Shown piece after piece: positions 63,211 through 64,000 of a DNA stretch of 64,000 bases. The position numbers and the translations under genes were made by a program. The stretch comes from Chrysomallon squamiferum (Eukaryota; Animalia; Mollusca). Location: contig CM022669.1 in NCBI GenBank assembly GCA_012295275.1, forward strand, positions 19,282,001-19,346,000, given 5' to 3'. Position 1 is the first letter of the stretch. Every line of letters begins with the position of its first letter. The notes below the pieces were generated by a model. It saw only the letters and a program-made list of their open reading frames with translations. It did no database searches and had not been told where the DNA came from.

Positions 63211-64000
63211 CTAAGAAGATATTAAAATAAATTTTAATAACTCAGAGAAAGAGAAAAACAAAGAGAATGAAGAAACCATCATTCAGTCATTAAATCTTAT
63301 ACTTTTTAAATTTACTATTAAAATACAATGCATTAAATTATGATATAAAATACACACTTGCTTACAGTAGTACCAGAAGAAATTAGTAAAATTTATATGT
63401 GACTATTATAATTATTTAAAATATGAACAAACTTAATATAACAGAACCCTGTCTTACTCGATCACTGAAAGTTTGTTAATAAACAATAAAATTATATATT
63501 TACTTATATTTGAGAAATCCATAACAAAATTTTCATGTAATTTATAAATATTTTCAAAAATCTGAAATAATTTTTAAAATATTTATGCAATAATAATAAT
63601 AAAATAATAAATGCATGCAAAATTTAAAATCATATATAATTAATTATACATGCTTTAATGAGGTTCATTTTGTAAATTAAATAAAATTTTAACAAATTTA
63701 AACAATAGCTCTGAATAAAAGTAACTTAAAATAAAAAATGTAAATTCAAAAACATATGTATTTGTTTTTTAATGATATGAAAATATTTCAATACTCTTAA
63801 GATTTATTCTTAAGAAAACGATTCCAGAAATGAAATTTTATAAAAAAAATGTAATTTAAAAAAAAAAAAAGTTATCAAATGAAAAAGAAATAAATGACTA
63901 ATAAATATATATTATGTCCATTTAATTTTAGAATAAGTTTTAACTAATAGAAGACTGCAAAATAATAAACATGTATGGCATACAAAATAAACATGAAACT

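Overview
AT-rich, microsatellite-laden animal genomic DNA with GT-AG introns. The style suggests a mollusc, possibly a cephalopod; this is inference. Most of the ORF track is microsatellite noise. By manual exon assembly the window holds: (1) an old, diverged tandem segmental duplication (unit A ~1-15517, unit B ~17560-32835). Each unit carries a minus-strand gene for an N-terminally lipidated ARM-repeat + TIR protein. Copy B is ARM-TIR-SAM-like (13 coding exons, one frameshift in its largest exon). Copy A has an intact ARM-TIR frame but has lost the SAM-start exon. (2) A complete 21-exon plus-strand WD40-repeat gene (32064-46057, ~823 aa), head-to-head with copy B, with a dead 5' fragment in unit A. 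(3) The 3' 15 exons of an IQGAP gene on the minus strand (54054-63210). (4) Tigger/pogo and probable Sola-type DNA transposon relics, and several minisatellites that grew out of splice-site sequence. The most interesting system is the pair of diverging ARM-TIR(-SAM) paralogs, which resemble SARM1 and keep the putative catalytic TIR glutamate.
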